From the NCBI GenBank assembly GCA_040289265.1, contig PSKW01000001.1:656359-720358 (forward strand): a stretch of 64,000 nucleotides of DNA, in the 5' to 3' direction. The notes beneath the pieces were generated by a model. It had not been told where the DNA came from and made no database searches. It worked only from the letters and a program-made list of their open reading frames with translations. Positions 55,046-64,000 of this stretch are shown piece by piece (within the stretch, counting starts at the first letter, position 1; every line of letters begins with the position of its first letter). Made by a program: the position numbers and the translations under genes. The stretch comes from Gemmataceae bacterium. Its GTDB lineage: Bacteria > Planctomycetota > Planctomycetia > Gemmatales > HRBIN36.

Positions 55046-56176
55046 TCAACGGGCAGTTTTGAGACGCGACTTGTGAGCGTTCCAATCGTCCAAAGTGACC
55101 GATACGGACACCTGTCGTCCGGCGCGCCAGAGACGCATGGTGACCGTCACACCAGGAGGCTGCGAACTGATGGCATTGATCAGGTCGTCGCCGTGACGTA
55201 ACGGCTTGCCATCCAGGTCCAGGATCAGATCGCCTGGCTGCAAGCCTGCTCTGGCAGCCGGCGAGCCGGGAAGTACCAGCTCGACTTTGGCTCCCGCCAG
55301 GCGATCCAGTCCCAGCTGGAGAGCATCCGCTGGCTCGAAGGAGTCCGACAGCTGCACACCCAAATAGCCCCGCGGCACATAGCCGCGTTGTAACAGCTCG
55401 CGCACCACTTGTCGGCACAAATTGATGGGTATGCTGAACGAGACACCGCTGGAACTGCCACTGGGCGATGCAATGGCCGTGTTGATGCCAATGACCTCCC
55501 CTTGGAGATTGACGAGCGGTCCGCCACTCGACCCGGGATTGATCGCCGCATCGGTTTGCAAAAAATCGCGAATGCGAATATTCCGGCCCAAATAAACTCG
55601 GCCGCGCCCGCGCGCGCTCACTATGCCATGGGTCACCGTTTGATCGAGACCGAAGGGACTGCCCATAGCCAAAACCCATTGTCCGACGCGCACGCGATCG
55701 CTATCCCCCAAGGTTGCCGCTGGCCAATCTAGACCCACGGGAAGCTGCAAAAGCGCCACATCGGTTTCTGCATCGGCCCATAAGCGTACCGGCCGCACGA
55801 CCCGCAGGTCCGCTCCTTGGATCAGTATGTGCTGCGCCGACGCTTGCGCTACGACATGATGGCTCGTCAGCACATACAAACCGCCGATTTGCTCCACAGC
55901 GATAACCACGCCCGAACCCGATTCTTCTACCCTATCTTTTTTCGATACATCTTTGCGAGCTTCCACATACACGACCGAGGGCAGAACCTTGCGTGCCACT
56001 GCCTGGAAGCGCTCGGACAAGCTATCCAAGTCCAGCGCCGCAGGCGGGCTCTCCTTTTCTGGGGCGTGCGGGAGCACTTGCCCGCCGCGGCTCGCGTTGG
56101 CTAGGCCGAAAACTAACATGATGGCGGTAGCTACAATGCCCAACGCCGCCAGACCCATGCCCAATCGGTGTCCCAT
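55046..56176 (-). CDS. HtrA/DegP-family serine protease with one PDZ domain
   Basis: It has a TM anchor. The catalytic His region (LTSHHVV) and the Ser motif (INPGSSGGPLVNLQGEVIGINTAI) are present. The C-terminus carries a PDZ domain (PGSPAARAGLQPGDLILDLDGKPL). Confidence 0.9.
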   Translation of the reverse strand: MGHRLGMGLAALGIVATAIMLVFGLANASRGGQVLPHAPEKESPPAALDLDSLSERFQAVARKVLPSVVYVEARKDVSKKDRVEESGSGVVIAVEQIGGLYVLTSHHVVAQASAQHILIQGADLRVVRPVRLWADAETDVALLQLPVGLDWPAATLGDSDRVRVGQWVLAMGSPFGLDQTVTHGIVSARGRGRVYLGRNIRIRDFLQTDAAINPGSSGGPLVNLQGEVIGINTAIASPSGSSSGVSFSIPINLCRQVVRELLQRGYVPRGYLGVQLSDSFEPADALQLGLDRLAGAKVELVLPGSPAARAGLQPGDLILDLDGKPLRHGDDLINAISSQPPGVTVTMRLWRAGRQVSVSVTLDDWNAHKSRLKTAR

Positions 56177-56463
56177 GGCCGGCTCCCATGCCCGACTGAC
56201 GACTAACGCTTCGCTCTAGGGAAGAATTATTTCATCTCAGATTCAATTTTACCATCGAATTGGAGCGACCGCGCGAAAGTGGAGGGACGTTGAACAAAAG
56301 CGCTTAGGACACCCTTGGTGACTTTTACTCCGGCTATTGTCATAGAGGTCAGAACCGGTGCGTACGGCAGGGGCAACAAATTACCGCCGCGACGGTCCAA
56401 ACAGGCGGAGTTGAATCAGTCGAGCCGTGACTCGTACAATCAATGGTTTGCCTGCGACCGCCG

Positions 56464-56928
56464 TCAATGCGACAGGTCAATTTCCAGATCCGAAAGACTT
56501 ATCTCAGGCTCTTCTTCGTCGCGGAAGACTTTTTGATCGTAAACTCGATCCCAGCGGGCGTCACGGCGGTCCTGATGCCAATTTGGGTTACGTTCGACCT
56601 CCCTTTGGCACTTGATGCAATATACGCAGTAAGGCATGGCATTGAGACGGGCTACTGGAATTTTTTGACCGCACAGTTCGCAAATACCGTAGGTACCCTG
56701 CTCGAGCTTTTCCAAAGCCCGCTCGACCAATTGCAGCTCGCGCGCCTCCAGCTCAGCAAGCTGAGAAGAGATCTCGCCGGCGCCGATATCGAAAGCAATA
56801 TCAGCAATGTCACCGGTAGCGCCACCCTTTGCGAGGTCACTCAGCTGACCCGCGAGCGCCTTGCGCAGTGCGTCTCGCCGTGCTAGCAGACGCTTGTGAA
56901 GTCTAATCAAGGCGTCCTTACGTGCCAT
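56464..56928 (-). CDS. DksA/TraR-family C4 zinc-finger protein
   Basis: It is a coiled-coil protein with a DxxDxA tip (DIADIA). The zinc finger reads CELCGQKIPVARLNAMPYCVYCIKC. Confidence 0.8.
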   Translation of the reverse strand: MARKDALIRLHKRLLARRDALRKALAGQLSDLAKGGATGDIADIAFDIGAGEISSQLAELEARELQLVERALEKLEQGTYGICELCGQKIPVARLNAMPYCVYCIKCQREVERNPNWHQDRRDARWDRVYDQKVFRDEEEPEISLSDLEIDLSH

Positions 56929-57757
56929 TTTCCTGTGGTCCTCGTCTCCTGTTCAGCGCAAGCCGACCCAAGCGTCATCCCCGACAAACACGTCAAGGCC
57001 GATTCAGGACGCAAAATTCTACTGCAAGGTACATGCCAAAGTCAAATAACCGCCTTATCCATTCGCTTAAGTCATTGTCCAGTCCGGTGCAAGCAGTTAT
57101 ACCCAAAAACGCCAGCTCGATATTTCAGCTTGTGCGACATTTTGACACTGCTGCATTTTTGAACACCGAATCCAACGGACACCTAGAGGCCCTAAACCCT
57201 CCTGTGCGAAGGGTGCTCTCCCAGCGCATACGAACATGCCAGCGGTTTCGCACACGGCGATGTAACCCAAGCGCACAAATGGCTAAACACTTAGGTGTTC
57301 GCTCCCTCGCACGCAGTATTAGTTTATCCCACTCGCAACAAGTGAGACCGAGCAAGTGAAGAAAAGTTCCTGGAAAGATGCGCTCGCCGACATTAAAGCC
57401 AAATCATTCGCAAGCCATTTCTTAGAAAGAAGATCGGAGCAAATTGGCAAAAACCTAGGCGCATTTCCTGTCTTGACTGACAGCGTTCGATCAGTGAGCC
57501 AAATTGACATACAAGACTATTAGCCATGAAGTGCCAATTTAGCACATCATATGGACGAGGAGTACTGCAATTGTGCCATAACGGCAGTACATGCTGGCAT
57601 AGCCGCAAAACCGCACGAAAATAGCTCTCGGACACAAAGCATTACTGAAAAATGAGAAATGTGAATGCGATCATGTATGGCTGTGGTTTATCGCATTTGG
57701 CCCGACACTTGCTAAAGACCCGATACGGAGGGCGGTAGACAATCAGCTTAGCCCTAT

Positions 57758-57784
57758 GGCTTGCTAGCCGAACGCTAGCCAGCC
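57758..57784. repeat. Near-perfect 11-bp inverted repeat GGCTTGCTAGC-cgaac-GCTAGCCAGCC upstream of the first hsp20
   Basis: Read directly from the sequence, with 10/11 complementary positions. It ends 63 nt before the ATG at 57848. Confidence 0.9.
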
Positions 57785-57847
57785 TGGGCTTTCACGTAGA
57801 CGATGTCAAGTTCCTTGGTGGCAGCGTTTTAGAAAGGAGGGTGCAGC

Positions 57848-58303
57848 ATGACCATGCTAGCCAGATGGGAACCGTTCGAGAAACTGTGGCGGGAGATGAA
57901 CCGCTTCCAACGGGAAATGGACCGCATGTTCGAGCGTTTCGGTGTCGGGCTCGGTGCGCGTCCGCTTCTGTCGGTTGGCTATCCCGCGGTAAACGTCTGG
58001 GAAGATGACGAGTATGTGTACGCCGAGGCTGAGTTGCCGGGTCTCAACTTGGAGGATCTCGAGATTTACGTGACCGGAGGCGATCAGCTGACCATCAAAG
58101 GCAATCGTCCGGCGCCTGCGACCGACAAAGGCGTGTGGCACCGGCAAGAACGGCCTTTTGGGGCTTTCCAGAGATCGCTGACGCTACCTGTGCCTGTTGA
58201 TCCGGAAAAAGTCGAAGCCCGGCTGGAGCACGGCGTCCTGACCATCAAAATGGCCAAGAGCCAAGAAGTCAAGCCGCGCCGGATCCCGGTCAAGACCGAT
58301 TGA
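57848..58303 (+). CDS. Small heat-shock protein (Hsp20/alpha-crystallin family), copy 1
   Basis: The alpha-crystallin pattern is present (AVNVWEDDEYVYAEAELPGLNLEDLEIYV...FQRSLTLPVPVDPEKVEARLEHGVLTIKM). SD GAAAGGAGGGTG lies upstream. Confidence 0.9.
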   Translation: MTMLARWEPFEKLWREMNRFQREMDRMFERFGVGLGARPLLSVGYPAVNVWEDDEYVYAEAELPGLNLEDLEIYVTGGDQLTIKGNRPAPATDKGVWHRQERPFGAFQRSLTLPVPVDPEKVEARLEHGVLTIKMAKSQEVKPRRIPVKTD

Positions 58304-58364
58304 TCCGCCGGCTGGGCTTTGCTCTGGCCATCGGTATTGTCCAGATAGAAAGGAGGGTGAGGCT

Positions 58365-58763
58365 ATGGCAGAGGTCAATGCCCTGGCTCATAAAGAGTCG
58401 AAAGAAGTCGCTACTCCGGAAACAACCTGGGGCGGCACATACTATGCCCCGCGGGTAGACATCCTGGAGACCGATGAAGAGCTGACCTTCTACTGCGACC
58501 TGCCGGGCGTACGCCCGGAGGATTTGGATCTTCGGTTCGAAAAAGACGAGCTGGTGATCCACGGCAAAGTGAGACCGCGCTATCCGGAGGGCAAGTTCTG
58601 GCTGGAAGAATACGGCACGGGCGACTTCTATCGCGCTTTTACCATCTACGAAGAAGTGGATCCCGACCGCATCAGTGCCGAATTGAAGCGCGGCGTCTTG
58701 GTCATCCACCTGCCCAAGCGCGAAGAGGTCAAGCCCAAACGTATCGCCATCAGGGCAGAATGA
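58365..58763 (+). CDS. Small heat-shock protein (Hsp20 family), copy 2
   Basis: The sequence reads PRVDILETDEELTFYCDLPGVRPEDLDLRF...FYRAFTIYEEVDPDRISAELKRGVLVIHLPK. SD GAAAGGAGGGTG lies upstream. Confidence 0.9.
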   Translation: MAEVNALAHKESKEVATPETTWGGTYYAPRVDILETDEELTFYCDLPGVRPEDLDLRFEKDELVIHGKVRPRYPEGKFWLEEYGTGDFYRAFTIYEEVDPDRISAELKRGVLVIHLPKREEVKPKRIAIRAE

Positions 58764-58844
58764 GCCTCAGCGCGGTATCTCGGATCGGATGGCATTTTTG
58801 CTGACGGAACGATAGCAACCCGAGTGGTGGAAAGGAGGTGCACC

Positions 58845-59333
58845 ATGTTCAACCTCATACCGTGGCGCAGAAGGAGCAGGCAAGAGCGAGGACAGAACGG
58901 GGGCGCCTTAGTGCCGGTCTTTACGGGTGGTCTGGAACCGTTCCGCCGACTGCGCCGGGAGATGGACCGGCTTTTCGAGGAGGCCTTCCGTGGCTGGCCG
59001 GCACTTTGGCCTGACGAGGACTGGAGTCTGGGTTGGGCCTGCGAAGTCGAGGACAAAGAAGATGCCGTCATTGTGCGTGCCGAAACTCCTGGTTTCGAAC
59101 CCAAAGATTTCGACATCCAGCTGCGCGGGCGGCAATTGATTATCCGCGCCACGCACGCAGCGGAGAAAAAAGAAAAAGAGGGCACCGAAGAACGGCATCT
59201 GTCCTTCTACCGCAGCTTCTATTTGCCTGCAGAAGTGGACGCTGACAAAGTCGAGGCCCGCTACCGCAACGGCGTCCTGACGATCACTCTGCCCAAAGTC
59301 GAAAAAGGCAAGCGCATACCGATCAAAGAGTGA
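58845..59333 (+). CDS. Small heat-shock protein (Hsp20 family), copy 3
   Basis: The sequence reads CEVEDKEDAVIVRAETPGFEPKDFDIQL...FYRSFYLPAEVDADKVEARYRNGVLTITLPK. I prefer the ATG at 58845, after GAAAGGAGGTG, over the track GTG at 58824. Confidence 0.9.
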   Translation: MFNLIPWRRRSRQERGQNGGALVPVFTGGLEPFRRLRREMDRLFEEAFRGWPALWPDEDWSLGWACEVEDKEDAVIVRAETPGFEPKDFDIQLRGRQLIIRATHAAEKKEKEGTEERHLSFYRSFYLPAEVDADKVEARYRNGVLTITLPKVEKGKRIPIKE

Positions 59334-60573
59334 TCCAGGACGCTAACCGGTCTTCGACGACGGCGGCACGACCGGCCAAAAAAACCCAGCGCGGTGCCGC
59401 GCACGATGTCAAAACATGCCGGCAGGGATCTTCCCCTGCCGCTTCATTTTGCAGGGGGACGGCGATAAAGTCGGCGTCTTTGCCGACCCGCAGACTGCCC
59501 GCACGCCGCTCCATACCGAGGATCTGCGCGCCTGCCAAGGTGGCCATTTTCAAAAGCTCTCGAGGATCGAGCGTCGGGCAGGTTTTGTACAGGAAACGCA
59601 CTTCGCCCAGGAGGTCGAGGTCGGGACTCGAAGCGCGACTGTCTGTCCCCAGAGCGAGCCGGATGCCTGCGCTTCGATAAAGTCCCACAGGGTAAGGCTC
59701 GTGCCCGAAAGCGGCGTGCGTTCGAGGGCAAAAAACGATGCCACCCGGCCGATGTGCAAAGAGTTGCACAGCCGCGGCCAGTGTTTTCTCGTCGCAATAG
59801 TTGGCGTGGACGGCGATAACGCGCGGTGCAGTGCTCATGCATTGCAAAACTTCCGGTATGGTGCGGCACAGTGCTTGCGGTCGCCAGATACCCAGCTCTT
59901 CGAGCAACTCGCGAAGTGGACCGGTCCGGCTGCGCAAAAGCTGCAGCTCTTCCAACGTTTCGGCTACATGCGTGGCGAGCGGTATAGCGTGCCGCGCAGC
60001 AAAGGCACCGGCCCAGCGATAGAGCACGCGAGCAGTCGAATACGGAGCATGGGGACCGAGGGCACCGCGTAGCGCATCGTTCCAGGTGCAGTTCTGCAAT
60101 CGCCAACGTGCAGCACGGGCCGTTTCGCGGGTGCGCTCACGCGTCAGCCCCAACACCTCCTGGAAAACGAGTGACTTCATGCCAACGGCTGCAAGCAGGC
60201 GCGCGCTGGTACCATCGGCGGAAATGTCGCCCAGACACGTGACTCCGTACCGCAACGACTCGGCAATGCCCTGGCGTATGACCGACTCGGTCTGTTGCTG
60301 GCTGGATGCACGTCTGTAAGCGATGACCGCGCGTAGCCAAGACACGAAGCCGCCGGCACGAGCAGAGGCGAGCAGCGACCCCGGCAAATCCAGATGCACA
60401 TGTGCGTTGACCAGTCCCGGCAAAATAACCACATCTCCTAAGTCACAAGCCGGCCACAATCCGTGGCTTTTGCGGATATCGGCGATCCGGCCCTGCTCGA
60501 CAACCAAGACACCATTTTCCTGAGGCAGACCCTCGATGGGTACGATCCACTTAGCTCGATACCGTTGCTGCAT
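59323..60573 (-). CDS. Amidohydrolase-family deaminase-like protein (MtaD / aminofutalosine deaminase / chlorohydrolase group)
   Basis: The HxH motif is present (PGLVNAHVHLDL), with a downstream HVAE and LGTDS. At 416 aa the size fits. The substrate cannot be called. Confidence 0.75.
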   Translation of the reverse strand: MQQRYRAKWIVPIEGLPQENGVLVVEQGRIADIRKSHGLWPACDLGDVVILPGLVNAHVHLDLPGSLLASARAGGFVSWLRAVIAYRRASSQQQTESVIRQGIAESLRYGVTCLGDISADGTSARLLAAVGMKSLVFQEVLGLTRERTRETARAARWRLQNCTWNDALRGALGPHAPYSTARVLYRWAGAFAARHAIPLATHVAETLEELQLLRSRTGPLRELLEELGIWRPQALCRTIPEVLQCMSTAPRVIAVHANYCDEKTLAAAVQLFAHRPGGIVFCPRTHAAFGHEPYPVGLYRSAGIRLALGTDSRASSPDLDLLGEVRFLYKTCPTLDPRELLKMATLAGAQILGMERRAGSLRVGKDADFIAVPLQNEAAGEDPCRHVLTSCAAPRWVFLAGRAAVVEDRLASWITL

Positions 60574-60780
60574 CGGCGCAACCCCTGCATGTGTATTCCG
60601 GCTTATCCAGCCGAGCGTAGCAATGCGGCGAACTCTTGGTACGAATACAATCCGATAGCCAGAAGTTTCGCTCGTGCCTGCGTACGGAGGCGCCGGTCGG
60701 TCCTTTGGGTCTTCCGTTTCGCTGCGAGTTATTCTGCGGATTTTGCCCAGCGCGGGAGGGTATATTCAAAGATCGCGGCG

Positions 60781-63009
60781 TCAACGAGGGGGTGCGCCCC
60801 TGCGCGCTCGGAAAAGACCCAGCAACAACAGGGCCAGCGTAGAAAAGCACACCACCAAGCCCCACGGAGAATACAGCCATTCCAAAAGGGGCATGAGCGA
60901 GGAGCCGCTTGAGGAATCGGCGGCCTGTGCCGCCAACAAAGAAAGGGTATTGTGGACGGCATGGGCTATCACTGCCGGCCATAGGCTGCCGCTCTGCCAC
61001 ACCAGCGCCCCGAGGAGCAATCCAAGGATAAATGTCGGCAGGAAGCGCACCACTTCTGCGTGTGCAAAGGCAAAGAGCAGTGCTGAAATGAGCACTGCCT
61101 GCCGGCCGGAAAACCGCTGGCCAAGACCACTCAAAATACAGCCGCGAAAGGCCAGTTCTTCGCACAGCGCCGGTAGCAAGGCAAAAAAAGCGACCCTGTG
61201 CCACCATGCCGGCGCCTGCAACACCTGCGCTAGCCGTTCCAGCTCATGCTCGGCTCCGGGCAATTGCTCCAACACAACATAGACCGTCATCACACTGATG
61301 GGATGCAAGACAACGATCAAAACAACTGCATACAGCGACCAGAGTAGAAACGAGAGCATCCGCGCCCGAAGAGGGGCCGGTTGCTCCGGCGACGAAAAGG
61401 GACCATGCTGCGGCAGCGCGAGACGCAGTCCCTCCACTGGCCGGCGCGTGAGGAGGATGGTCATGAACAGTGCCGGGGCTGCCACGCCAGCGATCTGCGA
61501 AGCGATCACCGCTCCTAGCAACGACGGTACGAACATCTGCACGATCCATGTCACCAATATCACAGAAACAAAACACGTCAGTGCCTGACCGGCGGTGGGC
61601 CGATCCGGCTTCTCGGCGAACAAGTGCCGCAGCCACAGGCGCAAGTCCATGCGACTGGCTTCGCGGAACAGCACTTCCTCACGTTGGAATTGATTGACTG
61701 CCCAGGAAATGCCCAGGTAGCAGTAGGCAACCAGAGGGATCAGGACAGGCGCCAGATAGGTCCAGGGAAACTCTTCGGGCGAGCGTGCCTCCATCAGCGC
61801 CTGCAACAGCAGAGCAGGACCGGCCACCGGCAACAAACTATGCACCGGGGTCAGCTCGACGCCGGGTAGGATGCTATAAAGGACCAGCGGCAAGGTGAGG
61901 ACCAGTAGGGGCATCAAGTAATACTGGCCTTCGCGCACGCTGCGCGCATAAGCTGCCAGGGCCAAGGCGACAGCGCTGAAAAAAGCCGCCAGCGGTACCA
62001 GCAGGACGACGCACCAGGCCAGTGCCGTCCATCCGGGTGCCGGCAGCACCGTTTGTTCCTGTGCCATAGTGGTCAGTCCGGGGATTTCCATGCGCGCGAA
62101 TTGCCACGTGGTGAAGCCCAAGCTGGCCAGATTCAAAACCGCCGTCACGGCGCTGAACGTCCAAACCGTCAGGAATTTTCCCCAAACTATCTCGGCACTA
62201 CTCGCAGGACTGACCAGCAAGGTTTCGAGGGTACCTCGTTCTTTTTCCCCAGCGCACAGGTCTATCGCTGGGTAAAGCGCGCCGGTCAGCGACATCATGA
62301 CGATCAGAAACGGAAACAGGCGCGACCACAATCGCTCGGATTTGTGTTCCAAACGCGGCAGCACGAGGGGGCGATGGAACTCGGCGGGCAAGCCGCGTTC
62401 CCGCAATCGCGAAGCTACGATGCTTTTCTCCCAGGCACGCAGGACATCCCGCACGCGCACGAAAGCCATCCGCGCCCGATCGTCGGTAGAGTTCAGCAAT
62501 GGCTCGTCCGGCTGGCTAGCCGCGGCCACGTTCTGCTGGCCCGCTGCCCGTATCTGGACCGGGCTCTCTTTGCGCAAGCGAAAGCGGACGGGCGTTCGCT
62601 CGCCGGCCCGCAGCCGATCGAGCGCCTGCCGATCGAAAATGACTACTAGATCCACCTCCCCCCGCTGCACTAATTGGCTCGCCTCGTCCTCCTCGGCAAG
62701 GACTATGCGCACCAGCTTTTGCTCCTCGCGGTTGTCGAACAGCTCCGCTCGAAACCTGGCGGACTTGTCGCCGGCCAGTTCGATCAGCGGAGGTAGTCCT
62801 TGTCCTCGGAGGAAGTCCAACGGCCCACTCAAGGCTACCGTGACAGGTTGTTCGGCGAACAAAAGCGCCACGCGCGACATGAGAAAAGCCAACCCGGGAT
62901 ACAGTAACAGGGGCACGAAAACGAGCATAAAAAGCGTCCGGCGATCCCGGACTTGGTCTACAATCTCGCGAAACCACACCAGTCGGACGATACACCAGCG
63001 CAAAGTCAT
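60781..63009 (-). CDS. Fusion of an ABC-2 (NatB-like) permease and a CPBP (CAAX-type) intramembrane protease
   Basis: The N-terminal ABC-2-like part has a TM helix, a large loop and then multiple TM helices. The C-terminus carries the CPBP motifs (CEELAFRG, LLFAFAHAE, and HAVHN). Confidence 0.7.
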   Translation of the reverse strand: MTLRWCIVRLVWFREIVDQVRDRRTLFMLVFVPLLLYPGLAFLMSRVALLFAEQPVTVALSGPLDFLRGQGLPPLIELAGDKSARFRAELFDNREEQKLVRIVLAEEDEASQLVQRGEVDLVVIFDRQALDRLRAGERTPVRFRLRKESPVQIRAAGQQNVAAASQPDEPLLNSTDDRARMAFVRVRDVLRAWEKSIVASRLRERGLPAEFHRPLVLPRLEHKSERLWSRLFPFLIVMMSLTGALYPAIDLCAGEKERGTLETLLVSPASSAEIVWGKFLTVWTFSAVTAVLNLASLGFTTWQFARMEIPGLTTMAQEQTVLPAPGWTALAWCVVLLVPLAAFFSAVALALAAYARSVREGQYYLMPLLVLTLPLVLYSILPGVELTPVHSLLPVAGPALLLQALMEARSPEEFPWTYLAPVLIPLVAYCYLGISWAVNQFQREEVLFREASRMDLRLWLRHLFAEKPDRPTAGQALTCFVSVILVTWIVQMFVPSLLGAVIASQIAGVAAPALFMTILLTRRPVEGLRLALPQHGPFSSPEQPAPLRARMLSFLLWSLYAVVLIVVLHPISVMTVYVVLEQLPGAEHELERLAQVLQAPAWWHRVAFFALLPALCEELAFRGCILSGLGQRFSGRQAVLISALLFAFAHAEVVRFLPTFILGLLLGALVWQSGSLWPAVIAHAVHNTLSLLAAQAADSSSGSSLMPLLEWLYSPWGLVVCFSTLALLLLGLFRARRGAPPR

Positions 63010-63177
63010 AGCGCCGCCCCTGTCCTTTCGCGATTCATTGCGACAGTCCGGGCGTTCGGCACCGGACTAGCGATGCCGTCCCAGCTCCACCTGTCCTGGC
63101 AAGCGCGCGCATTACGATGAGGACAGCGGATGCAATCGCCTGAGTTCGGCAAACGGCCCTTTGCCCCAAGGATAGCA

Positions 63178-64000
63178 TCAACCTGGGTGCAGGCGTTGGT
63201 ACCGATTGCCGTAAAGGCGTCGCACGAGGCCTTTGATTTCCAACAATGTCAGGTTTCGGCAAACTTGTTGTGCCGGCTGGCCCATCTTCTCGATCAACTC
63301 CTCCACATAAACTGGCTCGTCGGACACCGCCTCCAGGAGACGACGCAACTCCTCCGAAAGATCCGACGGCACCGGGGCGGGTGGTTTTGACGACGGCGAG
63401 CCGGTATCGGACGCCATTGGTTCCGTGCCAGGCACCGAGCTGTTCCCCATGCTCGGCGGCGCGGGGCGTTCGGCCGGTGTGGGCTCGCCCAGCGATTCCA
63501 AGACGTCCTCGACGTTGCGCACCAGGGTAGCTCCCTGACGCAGCAAGGCCAGGCAGCCGGAGCTGGCGAAGCTATCTGCCCGTCCCGGCACGACGAAGAC
63601 ATCGCGCCCCTGATCTGCTGCGTGTTTGGCCGTGATGAGGGCGCCGGAGCGTTCTGGTGCCTCGACCACCACGACAGCCCGACTCATACCGCTCATGAGC
63701 CGATTGCGCCCGGGGAAAAGCTCGCGCAAAGCCGGCATTTCAACCGGATGTTCGCTGAACAACACACCCTGTCGCGCGATCGCCTCGGCGAGCGGTCGGT
63801 TTTCGGGAGGATAAAGACGCCCCAAGCCGCCTGCCAGCACGGCAACGGTTCGGCCGCCTGCTTGCAAGGCACTCCGATGGGCTGCAGTATCAATGCCGAG
63901 GGCTAGGCCGCTGACTACCGTGTAGCCCCGTAAGGCCAACCCGCGGGCGATTTCCTCCGCTATGCGAGTGCCGTAGGGCGTGCATTGCCGCGTCCCCACG
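63178..64000 (-). CDS. dprA: DNA-processing protein DprA (C-terminal part; the N-terminus lies beyond the right edge)
   Basis: The Rossmann-like core is present (GLALGIDTAAHRSAL...VVVVEAPERSGALITAKHAADQGRDVFVVPG). A C-terminal winged-helix tail follows (VYVEELIEKMGQPAQQVCRNLTLLEIKGLV). Confidence 0.85.
   Translation of the reverse strand, partial: VGTRQCTPYGTRIAEEIARGLALRGYTVVSGLALGIDTAAHRSALQAGGRTVAVLAGGLGRLYPPENRPLAEAIARQGVLFSEHPVEMPALRELFPGRNRLMSGMSRAVVVVEAPERSGALITAKHAADQGRDVFVVPGRADSFASSGCLALLRQGATLVRNVEDVLESLGEPTPAERPAPPSMGNSSVPGTEPMASDTGSPSSKPPAPVPSDLSEELRRLLEAVSDEPVYVEELIEKMGQPAQQVCRNLTLLEIKGLVRRLYGNRYQRLHPG

Noticed and set aside
57539-57545. TTAGCAC as a CIRCE half-site in the hsp20 upstream gap
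   Set aside because: No inverted partner (GTGCTAA) lies 9 nt downstream, so it is not a CIRCE operator. I also found no HAIR (CTTGAGT-N7-ACTCAAG).
56922-57635. Track ORFs (145, 76, 63 and 80 aa) inside the dksA-hsp20 gap
   Set aside because: Their translations are Arg/Cys/Ser-rich and not protein-like. They have no SD and they overlap one another. I treat the region as non-coding.
1-64000. CRISPR arrays, IS elements, prophage, toxin-antitoxin or known defence systems
   Set aside because: I saw no spaced direct-repeat arrays. I also saw no transposase, integrase or recombinase motifs, no phage structural genes and no recognisable defence-gene signatures on either strand.

Overview
The window reads as a Planctomycetota-type chromosome segment. 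This is an inference from a DUF1559/H-X9-DG pseudopilin, a CSPSR sulfatase, a giant secreted WD40 protein, Tat-signal TIM-barrel enzymes and weak Shine-Dalgarno usage.

The left quarter (1-16.9 kb) is a flagellar locus:
- minus strand: fliD' (partial), fliC and flgM
- plus strand: two orphan ORFs, a receiver-less sigma54 activator, a fliK-like gene, flgD, flgE, a fliO-like gene, fliP, fliQ, fliR, flhB, flhA, a small membrane ORF and fliA

Three orphan genes (two are lipoproteins) and a 1242-aa secreted WD40 protein follow fliA.

The rest is mostly housekeeping or envelope genes:
- a triple amidohydrolase fusion, argC, and a carbohydrate-active cluster
- tRNA-Ser(UGA), a sugar transferase, a sulfatase and gltB
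- a TrmJ-like methylase and an Aas-like acyltransferase/acyl-AMP ligase
- a DUF1559-lipoprotein-TPR operon
- a stress locus: DksA-like, HtrA and three tandem Hsp20 genes behind a 0.9 kb non-coding gap
- an amidohydrolase, an ABC-2/CPBP fusion and dprA (partial)

I found no CRISPR array, transposase, integrase or recognisable defence system.

The most promising unexplained material is inside and next to the flagellar locus:
- orphan genes around a domain-less sigma54 activator
- orphan lipoproteins after fliA
- a low-GC block whose edge lies inside flhB/flhA

The long low-GC leader with a near-perfect inverted repeat ahead of the hsp20 triplet is also unexplained.

All functional calls come from motif recognition by eye. 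No searches were run.
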